Positions 46,865 through 62,100 of a stretch of DNA of 64,000 nucleotides are shown here, piece by piece. This DNA comes from a virus (Duplodnaviria; Heunggongvirae; Uroviricota; Caudoviricetes). Positions within the stretch are counted from its first letter, which is position 1. Each line of letters starts with the position of its first letter. The translations under genes and the position numbers were made by a program. Under the pieces are notes generated by a model. That model did no database searches, was not told the DNA's origin, and saw only the letters and a list, made by a program, of their open reading frames with translations. The stretch lies in IMG/VR virus record IMGVR_UViG_3300028048_000050, positions 83,494-147,493 of that record. The stretch is one strand, 5' to 3'.

Positions 46865-49597
46865 ATGGCAGAAGAAATAACATATATTCCATATGGTTAG
46901 AACGAAATTTCTCAACAAGACCTTATGACTTCTTTAGCTAACGGGCTGCCTGATTTTATGAATTAGTATAAATGGTTAAAGAAACCAAGTAACAGAGAAG
47001 CATTTTTAGAAATTTATTCTAATATAGTTAAAGGACTTGTTGGTGCTTCGGATAGTACTGGATTATGGGAAGTAAATAGTACTTATGATACAAGTAATCT
47101 TTCACCTTTAGGAAAAGAAATGGCAGGACACGCTGCACATTATATTCAATAGAAAATGGCATAGATGACTCCTCGTAAAAAAGAAGAAGAAAAGAAAAAA
47201 GAGGATTTAGATGAATTTGATTTTGTAAGTAGTTTTGGAAAACAACTTTTAAATCTTTATGGAGGTAATTCAAAACTTTTTGAGGATTCTGAATAGGGTT
47301 GGAATACTCTTGATAAAAGGGGTGAAAACGGACTTAGAGGAACTTCTGAACGTAAAAAAGAAATGGCTAAATAGCTAGAACTTTATAAAAGAGATTTAGA
47401 AGGAAAAGATTATAATTTTGAAGGAACATCTTTTAAAGACAAACAAGATGCTTTGACAAAATTATAGGCAGCTATTGATGCATTAAGAAATACTCCAGAT
47501 GATGAATCAGATGATTTACCAGCATTTAGCGCTTTAGGATTAAACTATAGAGGATTCTTTAGTAATGGTGGTAATGAAGCCAGTACACATACAGATAAAG
47601 ATGGTAATCCATATACCTGGAATTAGTGGAATGAATTATAGCAAGAATTAGCAAAACAAAAAGAGGCTGAAGCAGTTAAGGCTGCAGCAGCTAAAAGAGC
47701 TAATCAATATACTAATTTTAAATTTTATTAGTTTAATTTATCTGGTACTCCATTAACTACAGAATCTGCTCAAAGTTTATTAAATAAAATCAATACTGGA
47801 TAGGATCTTGATGGTAATGATATTTCTGGACTCAACTGGGCTTTTAAGTAGGCTTTAAAAACGGGAGGATTGCAGAATCTTTCTAAAGAAGAATTAGCTA
47901 AATTTGGTTCTAGATATGCTAGCACTCCAAATAGACTTAAAAAATTACCAGAACTTGAAGGTATTTACTATGATTCAGTAGCAAACAGATTAATAAGACC
48001 CTATAAATAGTCTGAACAACCAGTAGGAGGAACAACATTATCAAGTCTTATTGCATAGAATAGTCCAGAAGCTTTAGCTAAAAAACAACAAGAATAGTAG
48101 TTATAGGCTGCTAATAGAAAGCTTGATAAAGGTTGGGAAACTGAAGATTATCTAAGAATGGGTGCTATGGCTCAAGATATTACTGGAGCTATAGCTGCTT
48201 GGTTACCTGGATATGGTACAGCAGCATCAGGAGCATTAGGTTTAACTTCTTTAGGAACTAATCTTGCTGCAGATATAGCAGATGAATCTTTAACTAAATG
48301 GGATGTAGCTAAAAATGCTGGAATGAACTTAGCGTTAGCTGGTGTTGGTATGGTTCCTGGATTAGGATTAGCTTCTAAAACCGGTAAATGGATAACAAAT
48401 GTGGCAAAATGGGCTCCACGTTTATTAACTCTCCAGGCTATTAAAGATTTACCAGACTCTTATAATTCATTACAAAAAGCTATTAATAAACCAAATGAAT
48501 TAACTAATGCTGATTGGAGAAATATAGCTTATGGTTTAAGTGTAGTTGCTGGATTATCTAGAGGAGCTGCAGGAGTAGCTAATCATAGAAGATATAAACC
48601 AGCTTTTTCAGAAGGTACTGAAAAACAATATACTGTTACTACTTCTAAGGGAAAGAAAACAATAACTAAAGAACAAGTTGATAAAATTAAAAAATTAGAT
48701 CCCAAAGATAAAGAAAAATATACTGAGGAAATAAAGAACACTTTAAAATTAGCTGATGACGAAACTTTTGATATAAAAGATATAAAAGCTTTCAGAAAAA
48801 CACTTAAATCAAAAGGAATAGAAATAAAAGAAGAAACCGTTCCTACAGGACTTTCTTCTAAAGCAAAAGCATACAGAGAATACTTAGAAAATCTAAATAA
48901 TAGTATGAAGAATGGAGAAGGTATATATAGATATGCTCCTCGATTCCTTCCTACTAATTATGATATTTATAAAGGTGCTGCTAATCTTTAGATGCCTGGA
49001 TTTAATTTATCTGAAAGAATAAAAAATGCTTGGAATCCTTTATCAGATAAAAATTTATAGAAAAAAGGAATAAAAGTAGTTGAAGAAGCTCCAAAAGCTA
49101 CTACTCAATAGCCTACTACTTAGCCAGCTCAACAAAGTGTAAAAGCATCTACTTCTAAGAATGGAATAAGAAGAGATTGGAAAAATACTATTGAAAGAGG
49201 TAATTTTACTAATAATGAAATAACTCCAGGAGATTATAAAGTAGGACATTTTAATATAAAGGTTTCTAAAAATTCTAATGGAGAATATATAATACATACT
49301 GATTTACCTTCTTCAACCACTAGAGGCCCAAGACCTCAAGATCTTACTATGAAACAACTACCAAAAATATTTAAAACTCAAAAAGAACTTTAGAAAGAAA
49401 TAGCTAAGATTGTTAGTGAATCTAGAAGAAGAGCTAATCTTTCTGATTCTAATGGAAAAAGAGCTGGAATAAATCACAAAGAAATAGGAAAGATTCTTAG
49501 AGATTTAAAAGCTAAAGGTTGGTTAAAGCGTGGAGGAACTATTAATAATCCTTTAGATACAATAATTGAAGATTTTTTTAAAAATAATAATATATGA
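46865..49597 (+). CDS. large cargo-like internal virion protein, 910 aa
   Basis: Includes ORF 48158..48991 with a Gly/Ala hydrophobic segment. 'WLKRGG' near the C-terminus. TGA overlaps the next ATG. Confidence 0.8.
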
Positions 49598-52500
49598 ATA
49601 TAAGACCTAAAAATAATAAAATTTTATATGCTGATACAGGTGTAAAATTTTCATAGAATAATTTAAGAGGTGCTAATTGGAGACAACAGGTCTTTAATAA
49701 TTATCGTTAGCACCTCTTAGATTAGTTGGCTAAATATGGAGAAGCTAGGGATTATGGAGATTGGTTAAATGAAATGTAGTCTCGTCATGCTAATATATAT
49801 AATTTAGCCGGAGGAGAAAACGGAAATTGGGAGAATATTGCCTATAAAAATGATTTAGTAGGTCAATACCAACAAGATTATAGAGGTGGATTAGGTAATG
49901 ATGGTTAGTATAAAAGATTTGGAACAACACAAATAAACCCAGATGATAAATATGATTTTAACCAAACTGGAATAAAAACAAATCAAAGTACTAGATATAA
50001 TATAGCTAATCCTCCTTCAAGAACTTCTGGAGATTATTCTAGGGAAGGATATAACTATAAAGTTGATAATCTTTATAGTGCTATTACTGACGATAGAAGA
50101 CTTTTAGGAAGAAAAGGTGATTGGGATGAAAATTCCGAAGAATATAAACAATGGTAGAAGGATTTAAATTCTAAAGGTTGGGAAACTTATCTAGATACTA
50201 AGGATAATTATTATAAATTAAGAAGATTAGCTGCCGAACCTGATAAACCAGCTACTTCTCAAGAACAAGAAAAACAAAAAGAAAAAATACACGGAATAAT
50301 TGGAGAAGAAAAGGTTGATAAAGAATCTCTTTGGTAGAAACTTGGACAAGGATTTAATAAAATAGCTCCAGATTTATTAGATACTCTAAGATTAGCTGGA
50401 AATATGCTTAATAATCAGAGAGTATATGATGAATCAATGAAAGCTATTAAACCTAATCTACAACAAAGTTATCATACTTATAGACAAGTAGTTGGTGATG
50501 AAGCTACTAAATAGGCTTATTATAAAAGAGCTGTTCAAGGTGAACAAAGAGCTGCTAGACCTTTTACTTCTGATGCTGATCGTCAAGTAGCTTACATGAA
50601 TGAAGCTAAAAGAATTGGTGATGAATTAAGAGCACAAGGAGACTTAGCTGATAATCAAAGAATTAGAGAAACTTCTGCAGAATCTGCTGCTCATTTAGAT
50701 TCTAATAGAGAACGTGATACTGCTGTTGCTAATTCTAACATCACTGAAATGAATAAAGCTGACGCAGCTAAACATCAATTAACTGCACAGAAATATTCTG
50801 CTGACTGGACTAATTTAGAACAATACCTAATGGGTAGATAGTATAAATTAGAAAAAGAAAAAGCAAGACAAAAGGAATTAGAAGATCAATTATCTCTACT
50901 TGATACTAAAGAAAGTTTATTAGGTAATACTTAGTTAAAAGAGTATAGAGATTTAGCTGATAAAGCCTATTATGATTATCTCAAATATGAAGGAAAAGAT
51001 GAAAATGAAAAAGCTTCTTTAAAAAGTAAATATGAGGAAGCTATAAAAAGGTATCAACTATTAAATATTCAATTAACTAGAGAAAATCTTAAAAAGCAGT
51101 ATGGAGGAATTTATTCTGCTAAAGAAGGAACTAAAATAGAAAGAAAACGTAAAGACGAATCTTTAAAATATTTATATAAAACTTCTAAAGATATTGTAGA
51201 GCATTTTAGAAAAATGTCTAAAATGACAGATGACTCTAGAACAAAAACTTTACCTAAACCTATTAAACTTCCTTCACATCCTAAGAAATTCCAATATGGA
51301 GGATTAGCTCCATTTACAATATATAGACCTCTTGGAGTTGGTGGGGAATCTTCTTATGCATAGAGTACTACAAGTTCTTCTGGTAGTGGAAAATCTGAAA
51401 AAGATACTGCTGCTAAAGATAAACTTGATATGATTAAAGAACTCTTCAAACAAGTATAGGGATTACCTATAGATGTTAGTAGAGTTTACCAAGAAATATC
51501 TGAAGTGTTAAACAAAGCAAAAGCTTTTGGAGAAGAATTATCTACAGATGATATAGCTTCCATGTATTTGAATGTAATGAACAGAATGTCTCAACTTAAA
51601 TATAGTCAAGACGCATTTGAAAAAGCTAAAGCACTAGCCACATCTAATGAGGCATTAAATGAAATAGCTGTTGGAGTACATGGAGAAATGGTTTTACAAG
51701 ATAAGGATTCTGGAAAAGTTAAAATTGGTACATTATAGGATTGGATTAAATCTGATAAAAAATTAAATCCATTAACCAATGATTAGATACTAGAACTAAG
51801 AGCTAAATCTCCTAATATGGTATTTAATGACGATATACTTGGTATAGTTAACAATGGTGTAGGAATAAATAAAGTTTCTGCACAAATAAAATCATTAGCT
51901 GCTACTATAGGATCTTCTACAGAAAAAATAGAAGGAATTTCACAAGTTGAATCGAATAAGATTAAGGCTGGTTTACGAATATTGGCTGGAACTTCAGGAA
52001 CCCCTGACGGTTATTACAAGGTATCTACTGATTAGAAAGATTCCACAGAAAATGTAAAGGCTGCTTTAAATTATATTTATAATATGCTTCCTAATAACTA
52101 TAGAACATTATTAGAAATACATAGTGACGGTAAAGGAAAAGAACTTATTGCTAATTTCTTAAATTCTTAGGTTAGTGATTATGTTAAACAAGATATATCA
52201 CCTTTAACTGGTAAAGCAAGTGATAAAGAAAAAGATACAACAAATGATATGCTTCCTTCTGTAGCTTTCTTTAACGGTTTAGGAGAAAAAGATTCATTTG
52301 TTATTTAGGATAAAACAGGTGACGGATTAAGAATAAATACTATTAGTACTCCAATTACTTCAAAAGGTTATAGTACTGGAAGTATTACATTAGGTAAATT
52401 AGAATCAAGTGATTTCGGTGGACAATTATTAATGAATTAGGCTACTATGGGAGATAGTTTAATCTCTTCTATAGGAAGAAATAATCTTATAGTGGATGGT

Positions 52501-53112
52501 AGAATATATCAAGCAGAATTACCTATAGACAAAGAAGCAAAAGCTCAAGGTATTATAAAACCTGATTTGAAATTCTTAAAGAATATAGAAATAGCTGATG
52601 AAAAATTAAGACAAATGGGAATAGATAAATCTGATCCTAAAAATATTCCTACTATTAATAAAGTTTACCAAGAAAATGGTTTACCAGTATTATACACTAT
52701 TTCAGATAATAAACCTGTAATAACTTCCGAATATGCTAGATTTGCTATAGTAAATGGTGTAGGTACTGAAGAAGCTTTTGGAGAAAATCCAGAATTTAAT
52801 GATGGTGTTAGAGAGATTACTGGAGAAAAAGAAAGACAGTAGTTTGAAACTTTAATGCAACAACAATCAGGAAATTCTAAATATAAATTAGATAATGGTA
52901 TTGGAATTGGTGTTCTAGGTTTAACTTTTGGTGAAACCAAATTATATCAAGGAACAGTATATATTCCAATGGTAACAAGTAACATTTCTGCATTAGCTGG
53001 AACAGGATATAAAGCTAAGGGAAGTGAATATAATGAGATAGAAGCTTTACAGCAAGCTGCAGATGCTGCAAGATAGAAAGGATTTAAACCTGCAGGAAAT
53101 ACTTTAAAATAA
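49594..53112 (+). CDS. large cargo-like internal virion protein, 1172 aa
   Basis: ORFs 50596, 51505, 51817, 52447 and 52855 are in one frame. Internal 'SAKEGTKI' and 'KKFQYGG'. TAA 53110-53112. Confidence 0.8.
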
Positions 53113-53119
53113 TAAATAT

Positions 53120-56100
53120 ATGCCTAAATAGAATGATTTAATTTTAACTCTTCTAGCAAATCCTCAGTTCACTACTGAGGATTTCTAGGAAGTTGGACTC
53201 TCCGCAAATAATACATCCTTAGAAGATGAAAATACTTATATAAATTCTAAAACAATAACAGAAAATCCTCTATTTCAAAAAGAGAGCGGAGAGTTTGATG
53301 AAGATAAATTTCACTCAGTGTATATTGGAGCAAGTAAGATGTTTTAGGATTTAAGTGATACAACATAGAATCCTAAAACTGTATATAGTAAATATAATAT
53401 TTGGGCTCCTTTGGCACAAAGAGATATGACTCCCCAATTTGAATTAGTAAAAAGTCCTAATCCTGATAGAATTACTAAAAGTATGATTGTGTTTGGAAGA
53501 AATGGAGAAAGAGAAAAAACTCCATAGGAAATTGCACAATCATAGTAGGTATTTAATAGTAAAACAGGTGAATGGATGGATTCTCCAGAAGATTTATTTT
53601 CTTTTAAGAAATTATTTAATGATCCAATAGGATTTTTCTCTGATAATTTTGGAAATAATAAAGTATTAGCACAATATGATGAAGATGTTGATGTTAATGG
53701 TAATAAAAGGGGAAGTATAAATTTTAATGAAAATTTAATTGAGCATAGAAAAGGAGAATATATGCTCAATGAAAATGGAACATATTATTATAGAACATTA
53801 AAGGATGGAGAAAATATTTATGGAAAACAACTTCTTCATTACTCTGATATATTAACTAGAGAAGGTTCTGCATTAAACTCTATTGATTTCTTAGATAGTG
53901 ATGATATAGAAAAGAGTACTTTTGGAACATTTGTAAAAGATGCTTCCTTAATTGGAGCTATGTTTATTCCAGGAGGAATAGGTACAGCTATTGCTGGTGC
54001 TACTATATTTCAACAAGCTGCCGGATTAGGAGCTACCTTAGGAAAAATAGCTTTACAGGATAGTAGTAATTCTACATTAAATTGGTTAGAGGGATTATCA
54101 GAATCTACAAATCCATTAGGAACTAGATCTGAATATTCTTCTGGAGATAAAATGTGGACTACAGAAAATCTTTTAGGAATGGTTGCTGATGTTATAGGAC
54201 AATTATATCAACAAAGATTAATATTTAAATGGGCTCCTGCAATAACTAAAGGAAAATGGGGCCTTTCTGAAGAATCTCAAGCAGCTTTAAAAGAAAAATA
54301 CATGGCTGAAATAGCATCAAAGAATAAATCTTCATTAGATGCTATAATAGCTAAATATGGTTCACAATCTCCACAAGCCGTAAAAGCTTCTCAAGAATTA
54401 TTAGCTAAAAATCAATTAGAAGCAGCAGCTTTAGTAGAAGATTTTATGAAAGATTATTACAAATCTGGAGAACAACTTTCTAAAGCTTATATGACTATTC
54501 TTACTGTTAATGATATATATAGTGAAGCTAAAGAAGCTGGTGCCTCAGATTTTGATGCTTCTGTTATTACAGCGGGTTATGCTGCAATGGAATATGCCCT
54601 TTTAAGTACCGATATAGGTAAATGGGTTCTTCCAGAACTTAGAGGCGATAGACTTTAGAATAAAGCTATAGTAAGAGCTTTAACTAAAGATACTTTAGAA
54701 ACATTTAAAAAATTAGGAGCAGAAGCTACTAATAGTGAAGCAGCTAAAAGAACTTATTTATAGAGGTTAGTAGATTTTGGTAAAAATGTTGCTAGAGGAG
54801 AATTTAATGCAGGTCTTGGTAAAAGAGCCGCTTTTGAAGCTGATTCTGGATTACTAAAAGCTGGAGCTGGCTCTATATTTGCTGGAGCATCAGCAGAAGC
54901 TATTGAAGAAACCTCTGAAGAAGTATTAGCAGACTTTTCTAGAGTACTTTTTAATGGTTTAGAAAAACTAAAGGGAAACGATGATATAAGAATGAAGAAA
55001 CCTTGGGAAGATGAACATTTATTTGATAGATATGCAATGTCTTTCTTAGGTGGATTTATCGGTGGTGGTATATCTTCAGCAGCTTTTGATTTTAGTAGTG
55101 CTAGAAGATCTCTTAATATGGATTATAACAAAGCTGTCTAGGAAATTATATGGAAAGCCAGAAATAATGACTTAGATGGTATATATAAAATATTAAATAA
55201 CGAAGAAATAGGTAATAAAAATCTTTCTGCTACAAAATTTGTTGAAGATGAAAATGGTTAGAAGATTTGGAAACAAGGCACTGAAAAAGATAACCAAGAT
55301 ATAGCCATAAAAAACATAGTAAAAAGACAAATTAAATTATTACAAGATACATTAGAAGCTCATGGGGGTAATATGTCCGATGAACGTCTTATAGATTAGA
55401 ATGTATTAAAAGATATAAGATTTAGAGCTTTACAAAATTCCACTACAGCTGGAATATATATTCAAAAATATAACCAAGCATTAGGAAAATTAATAGAAAA
55501 AACTAATGAATTAAAATCTCTTGATACTCCTTTAGAAAAAGCAGAAAATGGTACAACAGATAAAAAAGAAAGAGAAACAGGAGAATCAGAAGAAACTAAA
55601 AAGAGAAGACAAAAGTTAGAAAAAGAAATAAAGGAACTTGATGAATAGATTGAAAACTTTACTTCAGGTAAACTTGCTCCTTTATTTATGACTTCCGCTC
55701 TTTTAGAATCAACTCCTTTTATCTCTGAAGTATTTATGCGTGCTAGTTTTAAAACTTTTGCAGAAGATAAGGCTAAAACTAAGTTTGAAAATATTTCTGA
55801 AGGAGAATTAAAGAATTATTGGGATTAGTATTAGACATATCTTAGAACATCTAAAAAGGATGATTTAGATTTTGCCACTGAAGGATATTTATCTCTTTAG
55901 AAAATAATTAAACAAAACTTTGAAGAAGCTAAAAGAATTGCTGAAGAATCTGTAAATAACGATCAATTAAAATAGTTATTAAAAGAACAAACATTATCTA
56001 CTACAATCTTAAATATGACTGAGTTAGATGACGATACTTGGCAAGAAACTTTTTAGAAATTCATAAATGATAATCCATTAACGGAAAAATTTGTTACAGA

Positions 56101-59100
56101 AATTTAGCTTATTAGAAATACTGTAAAAGAAGCTAAATAGAATGCTGATAAAAAATTTGAAGAAGATAAAGCTCTTTATGATCAAAAATTAGCTAATGGA
56201 GAAATAGAAGAAAGTGTTTACTAGAGTTATATAACAGGATTAAATACAGTTAGGGATGATGCTTATACTCAAGCCAATGAAGGTTTAAACAATGCTCTAT
56301 CTGATATTAATTTTGATATGTTAGTAGAACAAGCTAATTAGCTTGCTGATAATTTTATTAATTTAGGTTTCATTAATGGAGCAATTAAAGATACTGTTGT
56401 AAATAGATTACAGGAAAGTATTGATAGACTTTAGGAACATTTAAGAGAATTAGAAGAACTACTAAATGCTGTTGACACAGATAAACAAGATGAAGTAATT
56501 GAGAAACAAAATAGACTAAATTCTCAAATTATTGAATTGAAAGAAAAATTAGAATAGATTAAAAATTTAAAATATACACCTATTTTATAGAATTTAGATT
56601 AGTTTGCTCTTAATTTAAAATCTTATTCAGTATCTCAATTATTAGAAGAATTAGGAAATGCTATTCAAACTAATAAAACTAACATTGGCTAGTTTACATT
56701 TGGGGAGGATATTCATCATGCAATAAACGAAGCTGATAGAGTAATTGATTTATATATAGCAGCTTTAGAAGGTGCTAGGACTGATACAGTTGATCCTTTT
56801 AAAATTAATACTACTACAGGTAAAACTGAAGAAAATCTTTGGGGAATAAATAAAGTACTTAATGAAGTACATGCAAAGGCTCCTAAAATTGATGGAGATA
56901 CTTGGGAAGATTTACCTGAAATAGATGGAAACACTGCTAATATGATGTTAATGGATGCTCGTTCTATCAAATCCTTATTATAGTCGTATAAAAAATTATT
57001 CGATATAAATAGAGGACAAAAACTTGAAATACAATCAAGAGTAGGAGCTAGAACAAGTTATTTATTATATAATAAAATTTAGAGATTATCTAGATTATTA
57101 ACAAATCCTGATTTTCCTGAAGTAGATAAGGATGGAAAAACATATGAAGGAATTGCTGAATTTCAAGAAGCTATTGATAATTTACAATTCTTTAATGAAA
57201 ATGTTAAAGGTAAAAATAAAGAAGATTGGAATATAAATTTATCTTTGGAGGAACAAATTGCTCTAGAAAAAGATAGATTAACTATGGAAACAGCTATATT
57301 CGAATTCTTTAATAAAAATACTGATAGAGATTGGACTCCTTTATTCAGCACAATATTTTTTAATTTAGGAGACACAAGAACTACATTATTAACAGAAGCT
57401 GCTGAAGATATAGATGAATCTTCTTTAATTGGATATTTAATATCTAAAATAGCTATAAACTCTTCTGATTTTTATTCTAAGTTTAAAGATATGTTAAAAT
57501 CAGGAGATAAGAAAATAGCTCCTTTATTAGGTTAGGAAATAGGTGTTTAGTTACATTTAGGTAATGTCTTAAATGGAAACGCTGTGACTAAAGCTATTTA
57601 GGCTTATAGATAGTCATTATATAATCATGTTAAAGGGTTAAGTTTAGAAGAAAGACATAAATATTTATTAAAAGCAGGTATTAATTCTTACGCAATTTCT
57701 ACTGATTATGGATTTAATAAATATTTCTCTTCGTTAGATATAATGCCTCAATATTCTAATATAACATTTACAGATGGTGTGGCTGGAAGTGGTAAAACTA
57801 CAGCAATAATGGCTACTGTAAATAAATTTTTATAGACATACTATCCAGGAAAATTTAATAAAGTATGGACTATTCATGGAGGAGATCCTGATACAGAAAC
57901 AACATTTTCTGAAGGTTTAAGAAAAGCTGTTGGATTAGCTGAAGATGGAACTGCTACTTTTAATAAAAAGACCTTCATGGATCAACTTACTGATGATAGA
58001 AAATTAACTAATGATGGTAATGTTTATCAATTTGAAGAAAATACTGACTATAAAGTAATTAATGGAAGATTAGTTCCAACATGGAAATTAAAATCTTATT
58101 CTAAAGAAGAACTTCCTGATATTATCATTATTGATGAGGCTCAATAGCTAACTTAGCTTGAATTATTAACTATTGATAAATTTGCTAGAGAAAATGGAAT
58201 TCCAGTTATAATGTCAGGAGATTTATAGCAATCTTAGATGACTGGAGAAATTAAAATATCTAATGAGGATATTACAGCAATAAACAAAGAATTAGCTGAA
58301 AAAGGAATAAAAGATTCTTCAGGAAATGTAATAAAATTTGATAAAACTTTTCCTTTAAATTTACATTTGTCTAGAAACTAGGTTATACATACTCCTAAAA
58401 TAGGAACAAGTATGAGAACTGAAAATAACTAGAAAAATATGAATATGGCTGCAGTGGAAGCTGCAATAGACATTGTTTAGGAAGCCAAAAAATCTGGAGA
58501 AGTTCCAAACGCTTAGATTGATTTACATTATTATATTGATGATAATAATATAGCTGGAGACTATTGGGCAACAGAAAATGAAGATATAACTTCTCTATTG
58601 GATAAAATGATTGCTAATTTAGGAGAAGGAGAAAAAATTAACTTTGCTTATTCTTCAGAAAATTCTGAAATCTATAAAACATTAAAAGCAAATTCTAAAT
58701 ATTGGGATAGAATAAATCCAATTAAAGGAACTGCTCTAGGATAGGAAGGTAATTATTGGATATTAGACATAAAACATAAACAATTAAATGCTAATGGAGA
58801 AGAAGTAGATGTTCCTACAGAAACTTATTTACAAGATTTATATACAGGTATAACTAGAGCTAAAAAAGCTAGTATTTTAATTGGACCAAAATCTCCAGTA
58901 TAGGGTATTAATCTAAATATTATTCAGGATTCTGAAACGCATCCTGAAAAGTACTCTGAAAAAGCTGTAGAGAAATTTACTGATAAGAGAATTAAAATAT
59001 TAGAAGGAGCCTTAGAAGGAATAGATACAAAAGACATTCCTAATATTTCTAGAAATGTTCCTCCATCTAGTCCAACACCTTCAGTAGAGCCTACACCAGA

Positions 59101-62100
59101 AGTTCCTCCAACAGGACCAACTTCTCCAGTAGAACCTGCTCCAGTAAATCCTGTTCCTCCAACACCTTCACCAGTTTCTCCAAGTTCTGGACCAAGTCCA
59201 AAACCAACTGTTGAAAAATCTAAGAAAGATTCTTTCTTAAAAGGAATAAATAAATCTCTATCTAATCAACATATAGTAGCTGTATTAAAAGCTGCTACTG
59301 AAGCTAATATTGCTGGAGAATTAACTGATGATGAATTTAATGAAATTAATAAAGTAGCTGAGCAAAAATTACAAAAACTTAATAAAAGAAGTGACGAAGA
59401 AAAAGTAATTTAGGAAGGTATAGCTGCTGTGGGAGAAGGTTTAGCAGAAGTTTCTGAGGAATTTACTAAACATAGAGCTGAAGACTTATTAAAGTTTCCT
59501 AGTGTTGAAAAAGAATTTAAAGAAATTTACGGAGTTGGAGTAAATTCTATTGAAGAGGCTGTACAAAGAGCTATTAATGATATTATAGAATAGTTTAATA
59601 CTTTAGAATCTCCAACAGAAAAAAATATAAAATTTAAGGACGATATTATAAGATTACTTAAAAAGTCTTTAGAATATGATTCAACTAGAGCTATATTAGA
59701 AAGTTATATAACTCCTAAATCTGAAACTAATCCTGAAGAAGAAATTCCTCCGGTTGTAGAAGAAATTGAACCAGAGGATATAGAAGAAGAATCAGAATCA
59801 AACGAAAAAGAAACTAAAGCTAAATTATCTGATGAAAATAGAGAAACCAATTCTGCTACATTTGATAAAGTAGAAATAAGTGGATTTAGTAAAAAAGATT
59901 TTAATTTCTTCTTATTTAGTAATGCTACATTTGAACTAGGAACAAATCTAATTAACGATGATGGAACATTTAATCCTAGTTCTGTTTCTTAGAGAATAGA
60001 TTCACTAAATGGTATTGTTAAAATATTTGGAATAAATAATTTACAAGAGGGTATTAATTTATTAGCACAAGCTAGAAATATTTTAATGTCTGTTAAAAAT
60101 AAATCAGACATGGAAAGACAGCTTGGAACACTATTTAATAGAAAATTAAGACAATTAGGTAAAGCTAATTTAGGTAATTTGTTTGTTAGATTTGCTATTA
60201 AAACTTCTGAACCTAACGTATTAAATAGTAAATACGATAAAGCTTAGAAAAACTATTATAATGAATCAGTACCATATGCTAGATGTTAGGTAGATCCACG
60301 GTCAGAATCTAATTATGCCAATAATAGAAATCTTGTAGCAATAATTGGAGATACTGAAGATAGATTGGAGATTCCTTTATTACAGCTTAATAATCCTATT
60401 ACTATTATATTATAGAAAGCTTCTGGACAATATAAATATCCTCAAATAGCATATGCATATAATAATGCTTATACACGATCATATAATTATGCTGCAGGAT
60501 AGACTAATGCTGCTGGATAGCCTATTATAAATGATATGGAAGGTTATGCTCAAATAGAAGCTTTAAAAACTATAGTAAATACATTTACTTAGGATGATTA
60601 TAAAGGATTAACTAATTTAATTAAAGTATATTTAGACACTAATAGAAAAATTTCATTTATTAGAGATTAGTAGTGGACTATAGCTAAAAATCTACATAAT
60701 TTTGGTCCTCAATTAAATTTACAAAGAGGATAGAAAGATAATTATGATAATGTAGATTACATACAAGAAGATAGATGGATTTCATTAAGTGAGTTAAGAC
60801 AAGATCCTCAATTAAAAATAACTGGAGTTTATCATTATACTGATAAATCAGGAGAATTTGAGGATGAAGCTGGAAATCCTGTTAAAATTGTAACTAAACC
60901 TAAACATCCGTTTGTATTATATACTGACGCTTTTTATGCTCATGATGGAGTAACCGAATTAAATTCTGATGATAATATTATTAATGAATTTATGTATCAA
61001 AAACTTCATCCTGAAGTTGAATAGACAATTAAATTAGTATATGTATTACCTCCTACATTTACAATAGGAGAATATGTTGAAAGTTTAATAGGATTTATGG
61101 TTAGAGGAAGTAAAAAAGGCGTACTAGGAAATCAGAGAACTCCTTTAAAGGTATTGGAAGGTTTAATTTATGATGCTGAAGGTAATGTAAATTCTGAATT
61201 AATTCCCGTATTCTAGAATGCTTTTGGACAAGACAATGGAATATAGGTTTATAATAAAGTTAAAGAAACTATAGATCAATTAAAAGATTTAAGTTTTGAA
61301 GAGCAAATAAAGAAATTAACTAACGATACTCCACAAGCTTGGAATATTAATGGTGTAGGATTAAATGCTAACGTGCAATTATATCAACAATTATAGAATA
61401 TTATTAAGCAATTAGTTCAACCTAGTGGTGTAACAGTATGGGGAACAGTTAATCATAAAGGTTCTTCTGATATTAAAGATTCTCAACTATAGTTACTTTC
61501 ACAAATATTTGAGAAAAGTGGTTTATCTTTATTCTATCAAACAAAGGGTAGTAAAGATGCTAGTTTAATAAAATATGGACGTTTTTCTCCTATACAAGAA
61601 TCTGAAGACGGTGTTACAATAAATAATGATTATTTAACCACTGATAGAGAATATAAAGTTAATGGTAACTTATCTACATCTACTTTTATGGCAGATGAAG
61701 AGTTTAATAATATAATTGAAGGAATGTTAAAAGGTTATCGTTCAGGAGGTTCAACTACTCCAACTACTGATGGATTCGCTTATTTTAATGATAATTATAG
61801 TGGATTTAATACAAAACAACAACAATAGCAACAAAATCCAGTATAGCAACAACCATCTATACATCCTGATATTCTTGATAAGTTAACTAAAGCTGGAGTA
61901 GCTAGTATTCTTTATAGTTCTTCTGATATAAGACCTACTATTGTAAATGATAATTCTATAGAATTAAAAAATCAAATTGCTAATAGTATTAATAGTTATA
62001 AACTATCTTTTAGAGCGTTAGTTCTTCCTAATGGAGAATTAATTATAGGTAAAAATGATTTCTTTAAAGATAAAGATGTTCAATTTAATTTAGGAAATAA

